Counted from the first letter of the stretch, positions 49,540-63,158 are shown. The stretch is 64,000 nucleotides of DNA from Callorhinchus milii (GCF_018977255.1 NW_024704742.1:117554001-117618000); one strand, 5' to 3'. Made by a program: numbers and translations. The notes: generated by a model not told the origin, from the sequence alone.

Positions 49540-50956
49540 ACAACAACAACAAAATTACAGTTGTAGAGCACTTTTCACATTGGGAGGACGTCCCAAGGCG
49601 CTGGACTATCAGTGTTTCGGACCTGAGCTGGGGGCCAGGATTGGGTAGGGTGGAGGTCAGGGGGGGGAAGGAGAGTGACTGAAGGCACAGTCGAAGAGGA
49701 GGGTCTTGATATGGGTCTTGACGGAGGCAAGGGAGGGGACGAGGCAGAAGGACTGCGGAATGGAGTTCCAGAGGGTGGGGGGAGAGTGGCTGAAGGCCCA
49801 CCTGCCAATGGTGGGGCGGGCGATGCAGGGGATGTGAAGCAGGCCTGAGCCCACTGAGAGGAGGGAGTGGTTAGGTTGTTAGGAGGTTAGGAGGTCGCAG
49901 AGGTAGGGGGGAGAAAGGCCATGGAGGGCTTTGAAGGTGAGGACCAGTATCTTGAACTATGTGATAGGAAGCCAGTGGAATCATGCGAGGATGGGGGTGA
50001 TAGGGTCACGGATCCTTGTACGGGAGAGGACGTGAGCTGCAGAGTTCTGGATGATCTGCAGCCTATGGAGGGAGGAGTTGGGAGACCGACAAGCAGGGAG
50101 TTTCCGTAGTCGAGCCTGGATGTTATGAATATGTGTATGAGGGTCCTGGCAGCCTGCAGTGTGAGGCAGTGGCAGAGCCGAGCTATGTTGTGGGGGTTGG
50201 TAATAATAGTACCAACTACAACAACTTGCACTTAGATGTCTTTCTTGGAATTAACTATCTCTTGTGGAAACAGGGTGGAAGCCTGCCCAGGTTATGAAAT
50301 AGAGCACGTAGGTCGAAAATGACAGCAGTCAAATAGGTAGTTGCTTAGAAAAGGATATTGAAAGCTGAGAGGGAGAGTGCAAGGTGGAGGGATTTGGGGA
50401 AACAATTCCAAATAGTGGGGGCAAGGTAGCTGAAGGCTCACCCAGCAATGTTTGAGTGGAGGGATGGGTTAGTGGATCAGGCCTGCATTGGCAAAGTGAA
50501 TTGAGTCGGCAAGTGAACAGGACTGTAGGAGACCACAGAGGTAGAGTGAAAGTTAGAACAAGGGTCTTAAAGTCAATCTGCCTGGGAAAGGGAGCAAGTG
50601 GATGTGGGTGATGGGCTTGCAGAGTCAGGTGTAGCTTGTGAAGGTTTGAGTTGGGAAGTCGATGAGGAGGTGATTGAAGAAGTCAAATCTGAAGGTGAAA
50701 AAGATGAAGAGGAGTTTTGACAGTATTGGTGGGTTAAGTAGGGAGGTGTGTGATGCTTGTCCCCCTCCTTGCTCCCTCCCTTCCCTCCCCTCACCCTGAC
50801 CATTTCCCCCCTCCTCGCTCCCTCCCTTCCCTCCCCTCACCCTGACCATTTCCCCCCTGCTCGGGTCATGACCCAACTGTGCAGCGCCTTGGGACGTCCT
50901 CCTGACGTGAAAGGCGCTTTATAAATGGAATCTTGTTGTTGTTGTTGTTGTTGTTG
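49540..50956. mobile_element. Cluster of L2 fragments (49540-50195 minus, 50215-50745 minus, 50760-50956 plus)
   Basis: HNIARLCH...FITSRLDYGNSLL, TLWNSIP and several tails; ~46-bp tandem duplication at 50761-50858. Confidence 0.8.
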
Positions 50957-52786
50957 TCTAATAGTTAACAAGAAAAATTAAAGCTCCACCGTTAACTTAG
51001 GGAAAGGAGGAACATGAATTTTACTGTTAGAGGTGGTAAGAAAATGGGGAAGGTATGTCAGAGTTAAGTTTGGAAAAATTAGAGGAGTTTGCAATTAGGA
51101 TTAGTATCTACAGTATTAACAACAGCTTTGATTTAGGGATCAAGACATGGTTTAAGATTAGAAGAAACATTAGCTTGTCTCTTGATATACTTTACCTTGT
51201 CTTTGAATATATTGAATTAAGCTTATAATAAATTTACTTTTTGATGTAGAAAAACAGCAGAGATTGTATTTCATAGTTCTAATAATTTCAGATAATAAAC
51301 ACGAGCCCCACCACTCGTGAAACCTTATAACAAAGTGGTGAGAATGCTAGTTGACACTCTACCTTCCCTATGCCCTTCTATTACCTTCTTTCTGATATAT
51401 GCTGCTGCTTCTTCATGATTAATGTTGTTGGTTCTTTAACGTCCACCTAAATAGGCAAGTTGTATCTTGGTTTAACATCTCCCCAATAGATGGCACCTCC
51501 ACCAATGCAGTGCTCCTCATTACTGCACCAGTGTCTGCCTGGCACAGACTATGAGATAAGTCTCAGCATGGGGCTTGAACCCTCAACCTTATATCACAGT
51601 GGTGAGAACGCTGGTTGACATGCAAATAGCAGTATATCAAATGTTAAAAGCCAGCCATGCCCAAGCTCTGCAATCTTCTTTACCCATAACAACCCAGCCA
51701 TTCTCATTGCTCAGCCAACATTGGCCTACTTCACATCCCCCACCATTGGCAGGCGGGCTTTCAGTAACTTGGTGCCCACTCTTTAGAACACCAATCCCAG
51801 GTCTCTCCAACTTGTTCTTCCTTCCCCTCTTTTTAGATACATCTCAAAACATACTTTTTTGACAGTGCTTTTGGTCATTGTTCCCCTACTCACTGCCCTC
51901 AGCTCCCACCCTCAGCTCCAGTGCCCAGTAAGAATTGTCAAGCACTTTGAGACATCCTCCCAATGTGGGAGGTACTATATAAGTGTGAATTGTATTGTAT
52001 TGTAATTCAAAACTTGCCATCATTAGTGCTTCATTAGAAATGCATCAAACTCTGAAATGTCTGCTGCCAATAACAACAACAACAACTTGGATTTATATAG
52101 CACCCTCCACGCTGGACGGCATCTCAGAGCGCTTTACGGTAACGGATCCCGGGGCCGAGCCAGGAGGATGGGGAGGAAGGTGACCAAAGGTGCGGTCAAA
52201 GAGAAAGGTCTTCAGCAGGGACCTGAAAATAGGAAGAGAGGGAGCGAGACGAAGGAAGTGAGGAAAGGATGAATGTCTTTGTCAGTGACTGCCGCAGTCT
52301 GACAACACCTGATGAGTAAATGTGTCAGTCGAGGGTTAATCAATGGTACAGGACATGTGGGAGTAGCATATAAGAACGTTATCTAATCAAGGAGTTTCAG
52401 GTCACTTCACAAACTGTGGGAGAAAGTGAAGCTGAAATGGTTTGTCATTCTTATGAGCTCAGTATTTCTAAATTAAACGTTCACTTTTTAAACCCCTGCC
52501 ATCACCATTAGACTGCGGTACAAAATAATATTAGCCCTCGCTGAATATTGGGCTCATGATATAAGAGAAACCAAGGCCTAACGTAATAAAATTTACAATT
52601 ATATCTCGCCTTTTACGTCAGGAGGATATCTCAAATGTTTCACAATGCTGGATGGGCACCTGAGCTGGGGATGACAGCCAAGGTGAGGCAGAGGGCAAGG
52701 TCACCCAACGTACAGTCAAAAAGTATGTTTTGAAACGGAGCAAATTGTAGGGACTCCAGGATGGAGTTCCAGAGAGTGGGGACAGA

Positions 52787-53147
52787 ATAATAATAATACT
52801 AATCCTTGCGTTTGATATAACGCCTTATCATGTCATCGAGACATCTCAAAGCACTTCACAGAATATACTGTGAAGTGTATTGCCTGTAACTTTGTGGGCG
52901 AAACCCGGCACACAACAGTGTCCCGCAAACAGTCGTGGATATTTACCAAATTATTATTTTTTTAAAAAATTTCGGGAAGGGATTATTGCCCCAGGAAATG
53001 CGATCTGCCAATCGACTAACAACAGGATTCCTACTTACTGCTAGGTAAACAGAGCTGTGTGGCGTAAGGAAAGTTGCTAAAAGTTTCGCCCTGCCAGGAA
53101 TTGAATCCAGGCCCTTTCGCTCTAACCACTAAGATACAGAACTCCAC
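52787..53147 (-). mobile_element. tRNA-derived Deu-type SINE, long subfamily, inserted in an L2 fragment
   Basis: Full-length reverse-complement copy; L2 sequence on both flanks (52590-52786, 53155-53200). Confidence 0.85.
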
Positions 53148-53496
53148 AAATCGATGGCTAAAACCCTGCCTGCCAATGGTGGGGTAAATAGGATGGGGGC
53201 AGGTTGGTTATGTAAAATAATGCGAGAACGGGCAGATAATTGATGTAATGTGGTTCTGGTCTTCTCATAATATTGGTTTAGTGAAGTAAATTTGTGTCAT
53301 TTTGTTGGTGAATTGCACATAAATTCAATATTTTCATTGCCATATATCTATACCTATATGATATATTAATGTTGAAACGTCTTTTAAAATAAATATTTTT
53401 GTGATCTGCTCAAAAGATTTATTTTTGATTTGTCCTCTTTCTGGTGGCTTGGATTTCTGATGTCAAGACAAAATTAACTATTGTAATGAACTAACA

Positions 53497-53845
53497 CTAA
53501 TAATAATAATCCTTGCATTTTGTGTAGAGTCTTTCAAATCGGAAAGATGTCTCAAAACGTTTCACAGGATATGCTGTAAAATGTAGCGCCTGTGTATTTT
53601 GTAGGCAAATGCAGCAAATTGTGCTATGCCAAAGTAACAATAAACCTTGAGTTTAAATGCCCAATTGAATAAGCAGACCAGGACCTCATCCGAAGAATGG
53701 CACCTCCAACAATGCAGAGCATTCCCAGCACTCCAGTGGAGGATCAGTCTAGACAATGTGAGTTCAAAGTCTAGACATGGGGCTTCAACCCACAACTTCT
53801 GATTCTGAGGCGTTGGTGTTACCAACTGAGCCAGGCTGACACCTA
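53497..53845 (-). mobile_element. Older DeuSINE (SacSINE1-like)
   Basis: Reverse complement of the same head and core. Further partial copies at ~51420-51600, ~58505-58760 and ~61440-62030. Confidence 0.65.
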
Positions 53846-54619
53846 CAATACTCTCATAATAATAATAATGTAGAATAAAATGTAGAACAATGTGGAATAA
53901 AATGGTCTCATTTGGAATTTTAAAAAAAACAGTTTGGTCGCGATTTCTCATTTAGAAATTAAGGCAAAGCTTGTAAATGATGATAGGTTTTATTGTCCTT
54001 TGCAGTCCTGGCCCTTGAAGTGCTGAATTCCTTTTGCTGCTTGAATTGTTAAAGGAGATCATTATCAAAAGGAACGTGCATCAGCAGAACAGCTCGGGAT
54101 GTGTAAATCATTCATTAGAAAACATTAATTAGATTTGGTATAATGTACCCAATACATTAATAGTATATATAATACATTAGCTGCATGGCTTGATTTCTGT
54201 AGCTACTCTGATTTCATGCCTGCAATAGCTACACTGTAAGAAGGTACCACAGCCCACACAACAAAATTACCTGACAATTAGGTCAGACAAACCACAGTCT
54301 TTCCCTTCTGTTATCTCATTTTACAGGAGTTATTATCATTTAGGTAGTTCCAAAAAGTTAAATTGAAAGAGATTCATTCATATTTAAAATGCATCCTTCA
54401 GCAAAAAAAAACATCAAACCTTTAACAAAATTTCCACCTCACAGTGTTAAGTCAGAATTTTTTTTTTCTCCACCACTGTTTCAAGTCATGGTTTAACATT
54501 TTGAATGAAGCCTCTCTGTGTGTGGTTTATCGGTTCTGGTTTCCCATCGCGTGTAAACGGGGGGGAAGGTTTGGGTTGAATTTTTCTCTCTATATGATAA
54601 TGAGAATGAGTGTCCTTCC

Positions 54620-54812
54620 ACCGTCACATTCACGTAACTTAGGTAAAGGAGATAGGGGGAAGCTGAGCAACTCGATTGTTATCAGACAGCTCTACCCACA
54701 GCATAAATTACAGACAGGTTTCCTCGCCGTATAAAAGGGGATTTCAATCATGTTCTCCAATATTCGTCAGTGACTGCGAGTCACTAACACACCCAGACAG
54801 CGAGCGAGAGAG
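54620..54812 (+). promoter_or_regulatory. CRHBP: CRHBP proximal promoter and 5' UTR
   Basis: TATAAAA at 54730-54736; CGTCA half-CRE motifs at 54622 and 54765; locally CpG-enriched from ~54540 to ~56100. Confidence 0.65.
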
Positions 54813-54893
54813 ATGTCTCCAGGCTTCAAGGTTCAGCTGCACCTCGCACTGCTGTGGATGGTGATTCTCCAGGGAAGAGGCAGATACATAGAG
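54813..54893 (+). CDS. CRHBP: Corticotropin-releasing hormone-binding protein, exon 1 (signal peptide)
   Basis: MSPGFKVQLHLALLWMVILQGRGRYIE (27 codons; compare human MSPNFKLQ...SRYLE), donor GAG|GTGGG. Confidence 0.9.
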
Positions 54894-54938
54894 GTGGGAC
54901 ACTGCCATCGCTCAATGTCTGGCACACAGGGATTCTCC

Positions 54939-54978
54939 TCCGTCCATCCATCCATCCATCCATCCGCTCATCCATCCA
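54939..54978 (+). repeat. (TCCA)n microsatellite in CRHBP intron 1
   Basis: Interrupted TCCA run. Confidence 0.85.
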
Positions 54979-55654
54979 CAAAGCTATCTTTTTTTTTATG
55001 CAATTTTTTTGAAACAATAAGTCGTGTTTAAAGTAAACTCGCCCATTCGGTCCATTCATTGTCAGATCGACTTCTTTTTGACGTTGCGCTAAAATGTAAG
55101 TGTTTTTTGTGTAGGAATCGCACACCATTCCATGTGGCGCCTGTGTTTGTGTTTCTGTTGTCACTTCACGTCGGATTATTTGATTTGATGTGGGGGTCAA
55201 GGTATCCAAACCCACATCGAGGGCTTTCGTATTTAAGTGGAGAACTTTGCACAAAAAGAAGTGTTTTAATCCATTGCTTTTCGAACTGCTTCGCTTTCAG
55301 TCCAACCTTTCTCTTGGATTTCTATCGCAGACTGCAATACAATGCCACGATCATTAGTAGTTAAATAACGTGTCAGATTACCTGTTGGGGAAAAAATCTG
55401 TTCCTTAGTGACTGTTCAGATTTTTTTTAAAAAAGTATTTTTGTTTTGTCTTTTCCCAATACTCGGTCTGCTTAAACTTTATATATTTCAGAAAAACACT
55501 CATAAGAGCACCGATTCTAATTTGTTTTAACCAAAAAGTTTGCAAAGGACACGTCTGATGTGCAATTGTTGTGATTTGCAGCTCTTAAACAGCGCCTTTT
55601 GTTTTCGAAAGGTCTCTTTACGACTCAACATCTGTCCCTTGTTGTGTTTTAAAG

Positions 55655-55745
55655 CAAAATGAAATAATCGACGACGTGTTTGGGATGTTAAACTCTGAGC
55701 TAAAGAGAGAACTTTCGGAAGATTACATTTATCGCAGAAGTCTGA
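55655..55745 (+). CDS. CRHBP: CRHBP exon 2
   Basis: ttttaaAG|CAA; QNEIIDDVFGMLNSELKRELSEDYIYRRSL plus 1 nt; donor A|GTGAGT. The LKREL...YRR.L motif is conserved. The acceptor position is slightly less certain than the donor. Confidence 0.85.
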
Positions 55746-57498
55746 GTGAGTATATGTGTGTGTGTGTGTGTACAGTATCATCAGGACCAGCCCATCAAAC
55801 AGCAAGAGCAAGTCAGGAGCCCCCAGTGACCTGCCCACCTCCGCTCAGTCACTTGTACATGGAACAACAACAAATATAGACTGAAGTTGCACGGCACAAA
55901 TCCACATTAGGATGAGCTGCTGCCGCAACTTCAGGTTCAGTCGTGTGCGATATTAAACTGCGTCTCATGTGTATTCAACCGTTTTAACCTGATTCGGGAT
56001 TTGGATGCTCGACTGATAATCGTGGCCACTGGTTTATTGACCAGTGGACTGTGCACGGTTGTAAGGCTTGTCATCCGCCCACACCTTTACCCGAGTCAAG
56101 TGGACATCACTGGTTTGTTTGGGATTTCAGTCTATGTCGCAGCATCCAATGAGTAGTGTTTCGAAATTGTTATTTTGGTACTGTACATCTCGGATGATGT
56201 TCCCAATAGCTTGTGCTTTGCACATAGTTGGGACTCTGTACGTTCTGCTTCAGAAGAATAGGTTCCAGGGAGACATTAGGTATTCCAGTCTATAGAGTTT
56301 TTACCTGAAACGGGAAAGTGAAGTCCTGGGTGTCAGCAGGACAGGTCTGACCAGATGTAAATCATACAACACACAGGGAGAGAGTGCACATTCCTTTCCA
56401 ACAATCTATCTCTGGAATTTCCACCTGAAGGTGGGATGCAATTCTCAGTTTGATTTGGATACTTTTAAGCATGATGATCGGTTTCCGCATGTGTCAGACA
56501 CCCACCCACCCGGTTGACCAAAAAACTAATATCATTGAGGTCAGAAAATCATCCAGGAAAAGCTAAACAGAGCAACAAATGTCAGAGTGGAATTGATGTC
56601 GGCATCATAATAACGTCATTTTAGTTGTTCATATTCATTAGAGCCCCATAGAGTTGAACCAGTTCCCCAATGATGTCATCAACAGTCACCAACACAAAAT
56701 TTGCTTCACTAAAATTAATGTCCATTTCTTTTAAAAATCACAGTGCATTTGTCTGAGCTTTTAACATGAACTCTTATGATGAAACTCATTCTTTAAGCAA
56801 GTGTGTGAAACTGGCTCATCTAAGAATGTTTCAAACGCTATTGTAAGAGTGCTTTTTCTGTTCTCAACTCAATTGGTAACAGTACCTCAGAGATAATGAA
56901 TATTCAGATAGAGAGATGCCACTTATCATCTCTCCAGGGGATATATTTAGTCATTCTATTCATTTTATTCATCTCAAATGGTGAGGGGTGGATTGATAGG
57001 AATTAAGAACACAGAACTCTCTGGGCCAAAGTGCTGAAGTACTAAACCAACCAAACTATCTGGTATGTGGGTCTCCATTACTGTGATTCAAAGTAATTAC
57101 AAATAATCAAAACAGATTATTTGCTAATTCTAAACCATTAAACAGAATTAATGCCACCTCAAGGAGATTTATAGGAGAAATGTATCACTGCTTCCACTGT
57201 TGGAGCTTCTGCTTAGTTAGGTTTTTATCCAATAGTATGAAATGTTCTTCAATGGGAATCTTCACTTTGCACATGAGAAATGATTATTTATTACAGTGAT
57301 AACTCGTCACTCCAAGGGACAAGGGCTTAGTGACAAGTTATCCAGAGTGGTGAGTAATTCAAGAAGTGCATTTGTATAAATACATAAATAAATATGGCTG
57401 GGATCTTGATAGCATGATGACTTAAGCGGTAGTGACAAGTTGAGCCAGGGTCGAGTTATCAGGAGTTTACTGTATAATACAATCTTTTCTTTTCATAG

Positions 57499-57656
57499 AA
57501 TGTATTGACATGTTGAGTCTGGATGGACAGTTTACATTCACTGCTGATCGGCCACAGCTCAATTGCGCCACCTTCTTCATTAGCAGTCCTGATGAGATTA
57601 TCACTATTGAATATAATTATGTCAACATAGACTGTCAAGGAGGCGACTTCCTCAAG
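57499..57656 (+). CDS. CRHBP: CRHBP exon 3
   Basis: tttcatAG|AA; (K)CIDMLSLDGQFTFTADRPQLNCATFFISSPDEIITIEYNYVNIDCQGGDFLK; donor AAG|GTAAA; 158 nt. Not shown in the ORF track. Confidence 0.95.
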
Positions 57657-59239
57657 GTAAACTTGTTTAAGCAGTAGTATAACAGAGTGAATCAATAGCT
57701 CTTTGCATTTAAAGTTTCCTTGGTCCTGCTTTGAAATGACAATAATTTACCACAAAAAGCTAATTTAAGCACTTTGAGACATCCTCCTGATGAAAAGAAG
57801 AAAAAAATTAAATTGTAATTGGATTGTAATTCCTATCTTTCCTGGATTCGCTTAGTAATACATCAGTGCTTCATGTATCTATTTATCTAGCTTTAATCCA
57901 TTTGTTTGTTATCTTTCTGTTATCTTCTTTTTTACCCATCTGTTTCTTGATCTTCTGTCATCCTTCTATCGATCCATTGATTATCTATGTGCTCATCAAT
58001 CCGTCTTTTTTGTCATCTATCTTTCTGTCACTCTCCATATAAATCTGCCTGTCAGTATATCAGTTACATCACTTTACAATGTATCTTGTGCAGCACTTTG
58101 AGACAACTCATCGTCTCAGTGATATCGGGGTGATAAAGTACTATTCAAATGCAAGGAATAAATAAAACAAGTACTTCACATGAATTACAGTTAAGAGTGC
58201 AGTGACTGTCTATATGTAGATATATCCTTTTTTTCTTCATTCACTCATCTATTTTGGTTTCTTTCTTTGGAGTTTCTTTTGATTGGTCTCCATAAACTCT
58301 ATTATTTTCTTTTCTTAACTGAACATTTGTTTGCGAGGTAGTGAGAACTTTATATTCTTTACTTCCCTAAAGCATCAAACCATCCACATCCCATCGTGTC
58401 TGTGCCAGCTCTTTGAAAAAAGCTACCCAAATCAATCCCGCTCCCCCTCCACTCTCTCCCCATAGCCCCGCTCCCCCCCCCACCCCCACCCCCATAGCCA
58501 TAGTCTTGTATTTAGTACAACAGCTTTCATGTCAGGATGATGTCTCAAAGCACCTTCACAGGATTTTATTGTAAAGTATAGTGACTGTATTTGGTAGGCA
58601 AACCTGGCATCCAATTTATACACAGCAATATCCCACAAACAGCCATGAAGTGAATGACACCTCTTATCTGGGAATTGTTGGCCAGGACACCAGGAGAAAT
58701 TTGTTTCTCTCTTCAATCTTTTAACATCCACCTGAACAGGGCAGTACCTCTGACAATGCATTTTTAAAACTTATATCTATCAATCAGCCGTTCTGAACCA
58801 GCAGCTCGAATGCTACAAACTAGAGCAAATTGGTACAGTTGAAGAGATATACTATGCAAAGGGCTGGTTCTTCTTAACCTGAAATGTTGCTGTGTGCTGC
58901 AGTCTTTAACAATTTCAATAGGTGTCATGTTGCATTGATGCCCCATTCTATCTTCATATGCCAAGCGGAGTACAGCACTCTTAGATGCTTTGCTTTTAGA
59001 CAGATTGATGCACATACAGAATAACCATAGCATTCCCTCCCTTTGGCTTTTGTGCACATGAAGAGATACCCTCAGCTATACTTGTCTGATAATTTAGCTG
59101 ACAAACTGACAAACCTGATTTTCTACTAGCTTTGTTTTTTGTTGTTAAATTATTGTGTATTATCCAGCTCCTTGGGACTCCCGACGTGAAAGGCGCTATA
59201 CAAATGTAATTTTGTTGTTGTTGTTGTATTGATGTCCAG

Positions 59240-59450
59240 GTCTTCGACGGGTGGATATTGAGAGGGGAGAAGTTTCCGAGTACCATAGACCACCTTCTCC
59301 CCCTTGCCGAGCGCTACATTGATTTTTGTGATGGTAGTGGCACCAAGACGGTCTTCAGGTCATCTCAGAACGTGGCGATGCTTTTCTTTAGGATTCACAT
59401 GCCTGGAAATGGGTTTTCTTTAACAGTAACAAAACTAATCAATCCATTTC
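59240..59450 (+). CDS. CRHBP: CRHBP exon 4
   Basis: gtccAG|GTC; VFDGWILRGEKFPSTIDHLLPLAERYIDFCDGSGTKTVFRSSQNVAMLFFRIHMPGNGFSLTVTKLINPF plus 1 nt; donor C|GTAAGT; 211 nt. Confidence 0.95.
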
Positions 59451-60167
59451 GTAAGTACTGATCAATTAATTTATAAATATAAAGTAATATTTCTTATTAT
59501 GGTACAAACAAAAAATGAAAAATCTTTTCAGGCAAGTTATATCAGTTATTTAAAAGCAATAGTCATCAGGATTTATGGATATAGAATGAGAAAAGGCTAT
59601 TTGGTCACATCCATCCCCGACATCATGTGGTTTATGGATTGCAGTCAAGCCCATGCTCTAACACAGATTACTTTTTTTCAATGCCTAGTTTATACTGCTA
59701 AATTGCCACAAAAAATAGTATGAATCATGTGTAAAATATCCGTGGGCAAACAAAGCAAATTGCACTGGAGGCCGGCTGCTGATACAACCTTTGGGGATTA
59801 TTCCACCAAGATGTTGATTCACACACCTATGGTATAGATGCATAAGGTGTGAATAGACATCTGCTCAGAAGATTTGAAAATAAATAGTCTTTCAAAAGCA
59901 TTCACCACTCTCGAACTTTTATTATCTTTAAAGTCAGTGGCATGACTTTTGTTTTCAGTAACTGTTTTGTAGCTTGCTCCTTATGCACTCTGCAGGACTT
60001 GACTAGATATTCCCTGAGCATCCAGTGAGAGAGTTTGGAGTGGGAAATATATATCCTATTAAAACAAGCTAAAATTATATATTATTTAAGTTGGGCATTT
60101 GCTCATCTAGTGATATTACTCTATTAATATAGCACTTAAGAATGTGTAGACTGTGTGTAGAGTGTGC

Positions 60168-60394
60168 CTTCGCCTTGCTTCCTCCCTTTCCTCCTTCAAG
60201 GCCGGTCTCTAAGACCTTTCTCTTTGACTGTGCCTTCAGCTCCCCTCTCGACTCTCTAACCCCTCCTCGCCCTCTCCCCTCCCTCCCCTCACCCTGACCA
60301 TTTCCCCCTTGCTCGGGTCCTGACCCAACTGTACAGCGCCTTGGGACGTCCTCCCGATGTGAAAGGCGCTCTATAAATGGAATCTTGTTGTTGT
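60168..60394 (+). mobile_element. L2 3' end (CRHBP intron 4)
   Basis: Same 3' UTR variant as 50760-50956, with hairpin tail. Confidence 0.85.
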
Positions 60395-61150
60395 AGACTA
60401 TTAATTCTCAATTAATTTAGAAATATTTTATTTGCAAGTTATTTTAAGAACAATAGGATGCAAGTTTCAAAGTTAAAACTGAATTTTGCGCACTCTAAAA
60501 TGCTACGTTAATATAGTAAACCTAGAGCCAGCTGGAATTTTCAACCCAATATTCACTCAGAACGTCATTTGTTCTTTATAAACCAAAGTACTTTTAGCCA
60601 GAAGATATGAAATGTTCCTTACAGTTTGATAGCAATAATAAAATCTTCCGAGCTTGTTTCACTGTTTACTCATACACCGTGTTTTCAATATTCGTTTGTG
60701 CACTATGTCTACTAAAAATAACACAGCCAAGCCATTAGTTTGTTCAAAACTATAACTGAATGAACACATTATGAGACTACATACTCAGATGTAATGCAGC
60801 ACACAATGTTGCTAGACATATTCAATAAATACTCTTATATTAACATGGTGCCATTAAAAATGATATAGTAACATAAGAAAAAGAATAACTACATTTATCC
60901 TTTCTAGATTGAAAACTTGTTTGGCTCATTAAGTACAGCACAAATCGAGTAGAGGTTTTAGGATCATTGTTTGAAGGTTTTAATGTTTTTATACGGCAAA
61001 ATCTAGTTTCATTTTTTGCACATACTGCATACATGTCCTAACAGGACGTGAAAGTAAAATGCTGGTATTTTGAACAGAGTTTGACTGAGAGCTGAGTAGT
61101 TTGTATTTGGTAATTTCTGGCTTACAAACACTGTTTCTTCTCCTTCAAAG

Positions 61151-61299
61151 CTTGCAATGTGATTTCTCAGACGCCTGATGGAAGGTTCACCATGGTCATT
61201 CCTCATCAGAAGAGAAACTGCAGTTTTTCCATCATTTATCCAGTGGAAATCAAATTATCTGATCTCAGCCTGGGACATTTCAATAATCTGCATCTGAAG
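61151..61299 (+). CDS. CRHBP: CRHBP exon 5
   Basis: ttcaaAG|CT; (P)CNVISQTPDGRFTMVIPHQKRNCSFSIIYPVEIKLSDLSLGHFNNLHLK; donor AAG|GTGAG; contains an N-glycosylation sequon (NCS); 149 nt. Confidence 0.95.
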
Positions 61300-63040
61300 G
61301 TGAGCCACTGTCGTACCTACAAAGATTTAATGCAGATGCTCAGTAGTTGAAAATTAGCTTATTGGAAGAAGTAAATTGGTTTCAATTGAAATTCAGTCCA
61401 GAGTATAATAATGCAGCATAACAATACACTGATAATAATATAACAATAATACTTGCATTTGATATTGACTCTCGTCACGTAAATATATTTCAAAGTGCTT
61501 CACAGGTTTTTTTCTGTGTACTTGAAGGAAAATAAAGCAGCAAATTTACAACAGCAATGTCCAAATGGATGAGCATTTTTTGTCTTGTGCATTGCTGGCC
61601 AGGGTTCCTAGAGAAACACCCCCCTTCTCTTTTCAAATTGTTCCATAAGATCTTTAATATCCACCTAACAGACAGACGCGATTTTGGTTTTGATATTTGA
61701 CCTTTGTTCAGATTAAACACATGGGCCATTCACCCACAAATACACAGCCACTACAAGTCACTACAGTCACTTGTGAAGTGCTTTGAACTGTTGTAAAGAT
61801 GTGATAAGGCACTTCCCCATCACCACATTGGAGTGTTAGCCTAGACTATGAATTTGAAGTACTCTGTCCAGCGCCTTGGGACGTCCTCCCGACATGAAAG
61901 GCACTATACAAATGTAATCTTGCTGTTGTTGTTGAAGTCTCGATGTGAGGCTTGAACCCACTTTCTGACTCAGAGGCAGAACATTCTGACTCAGAGACAA
62001 AACTCTATCAATTGAGGCAGACTAGTGTCATTCATGATAAGATGAGAGTCTTTGCCTTTTACCTGTTGTAAGGGTCCCAAATGTCAACTCTGATCATCAT
62101 TCATTAAGTATCATACAAACTCTTAGCAAAAAATACTGAATATTATACTAACTCAAAACATATACAGTATCTATACATCTACCATGCATTAGTTTACCCA
62201 AAAATATAAAGATAAGCAACCCATAATTTTTAATCCACTTGGCAGTTATACTCTTGGGTATCAAACACTCACTTTAGACAGAAATTTGTGGGATCAATAT
62301 TTCATTCTCACACATTCACTCAACTGTTCACATATTGATAGTTTTAACCTTCTTTATTTCCAGAAGGGTTTACCTGTTAAGGTTAGGAAAATTAGATATT
62401 GAAACATGTCACACATCCCCTAACACATGATGTTTGGAACATGTTTCTACGTTAAACACTATGACCTATAATATGAACTTCTGTTACATAACTCCACATG
62501 TTGCTCATGAGAAGAGGGTGATTCCATGTGCAGAATAGAATGATTTGCATGTCTGTTATTTGAGTTACAGGATACCAGAGGTCTGAAATTTCAGCCTGTC
62601 TTAGTCTGTAAGACCGGTTTGTCTTAAAATGTAAAATCATACAGAATTGTGGAAAAATCTTAATATCTGTCTCAGTTTGAAAGCAGAAAATCATCTTTTA
62701 GATTAAGAATAAATTCAAGAATTTTCCACAACGCAACAGAATTTTTAATTTTAGGCAAAAATGGTTTTATATGATCCCGACGTGAAAGCCGCTTTACAAA
62801 TGTAATTTTGTTGTTGTTATAGGCTAAAACAAAATGGAATTTCTCTAATTAATGAAAAAAATTAATCAATTATAATCAATCAAACAAAATATTCTGTTAA
62901 AGTTGATATAATAACAAATGCAGTCAAGTTGTTCAGTGTTTTTGCTAACTGTGAAATAGATTGTGTGGGCTTTAATGTATTTTGTGGTCCAGTGAGCATG
63001 AGGAATTGCTTGATAGATTTTCCTGTGTTTCCTTCTTTAG

Positions 63041-63158
63041 ATACCCATTACCAGCTGTAGTGGGGCGACTGATTTCATAGAGCTATTGGGAGGGAACAAA
63101 CTGGACCCCAGTAGGATGTACCCTGTGGCTGATATTTGCTACTCATTCAGTGGACCCG
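63041..63158 (+). CDS. CRHBP: CRHBP exon 6 (gene continues beyond the window)
   Basis: ttctttAG|ATA; IPITSCSGATDFIELLGGNKLDPSRMYPVADICYSFSGP plus 1 nt; donor G|GTGAGA; 118 nt. The final exon was not found before 64000. Confidence 0.93.
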
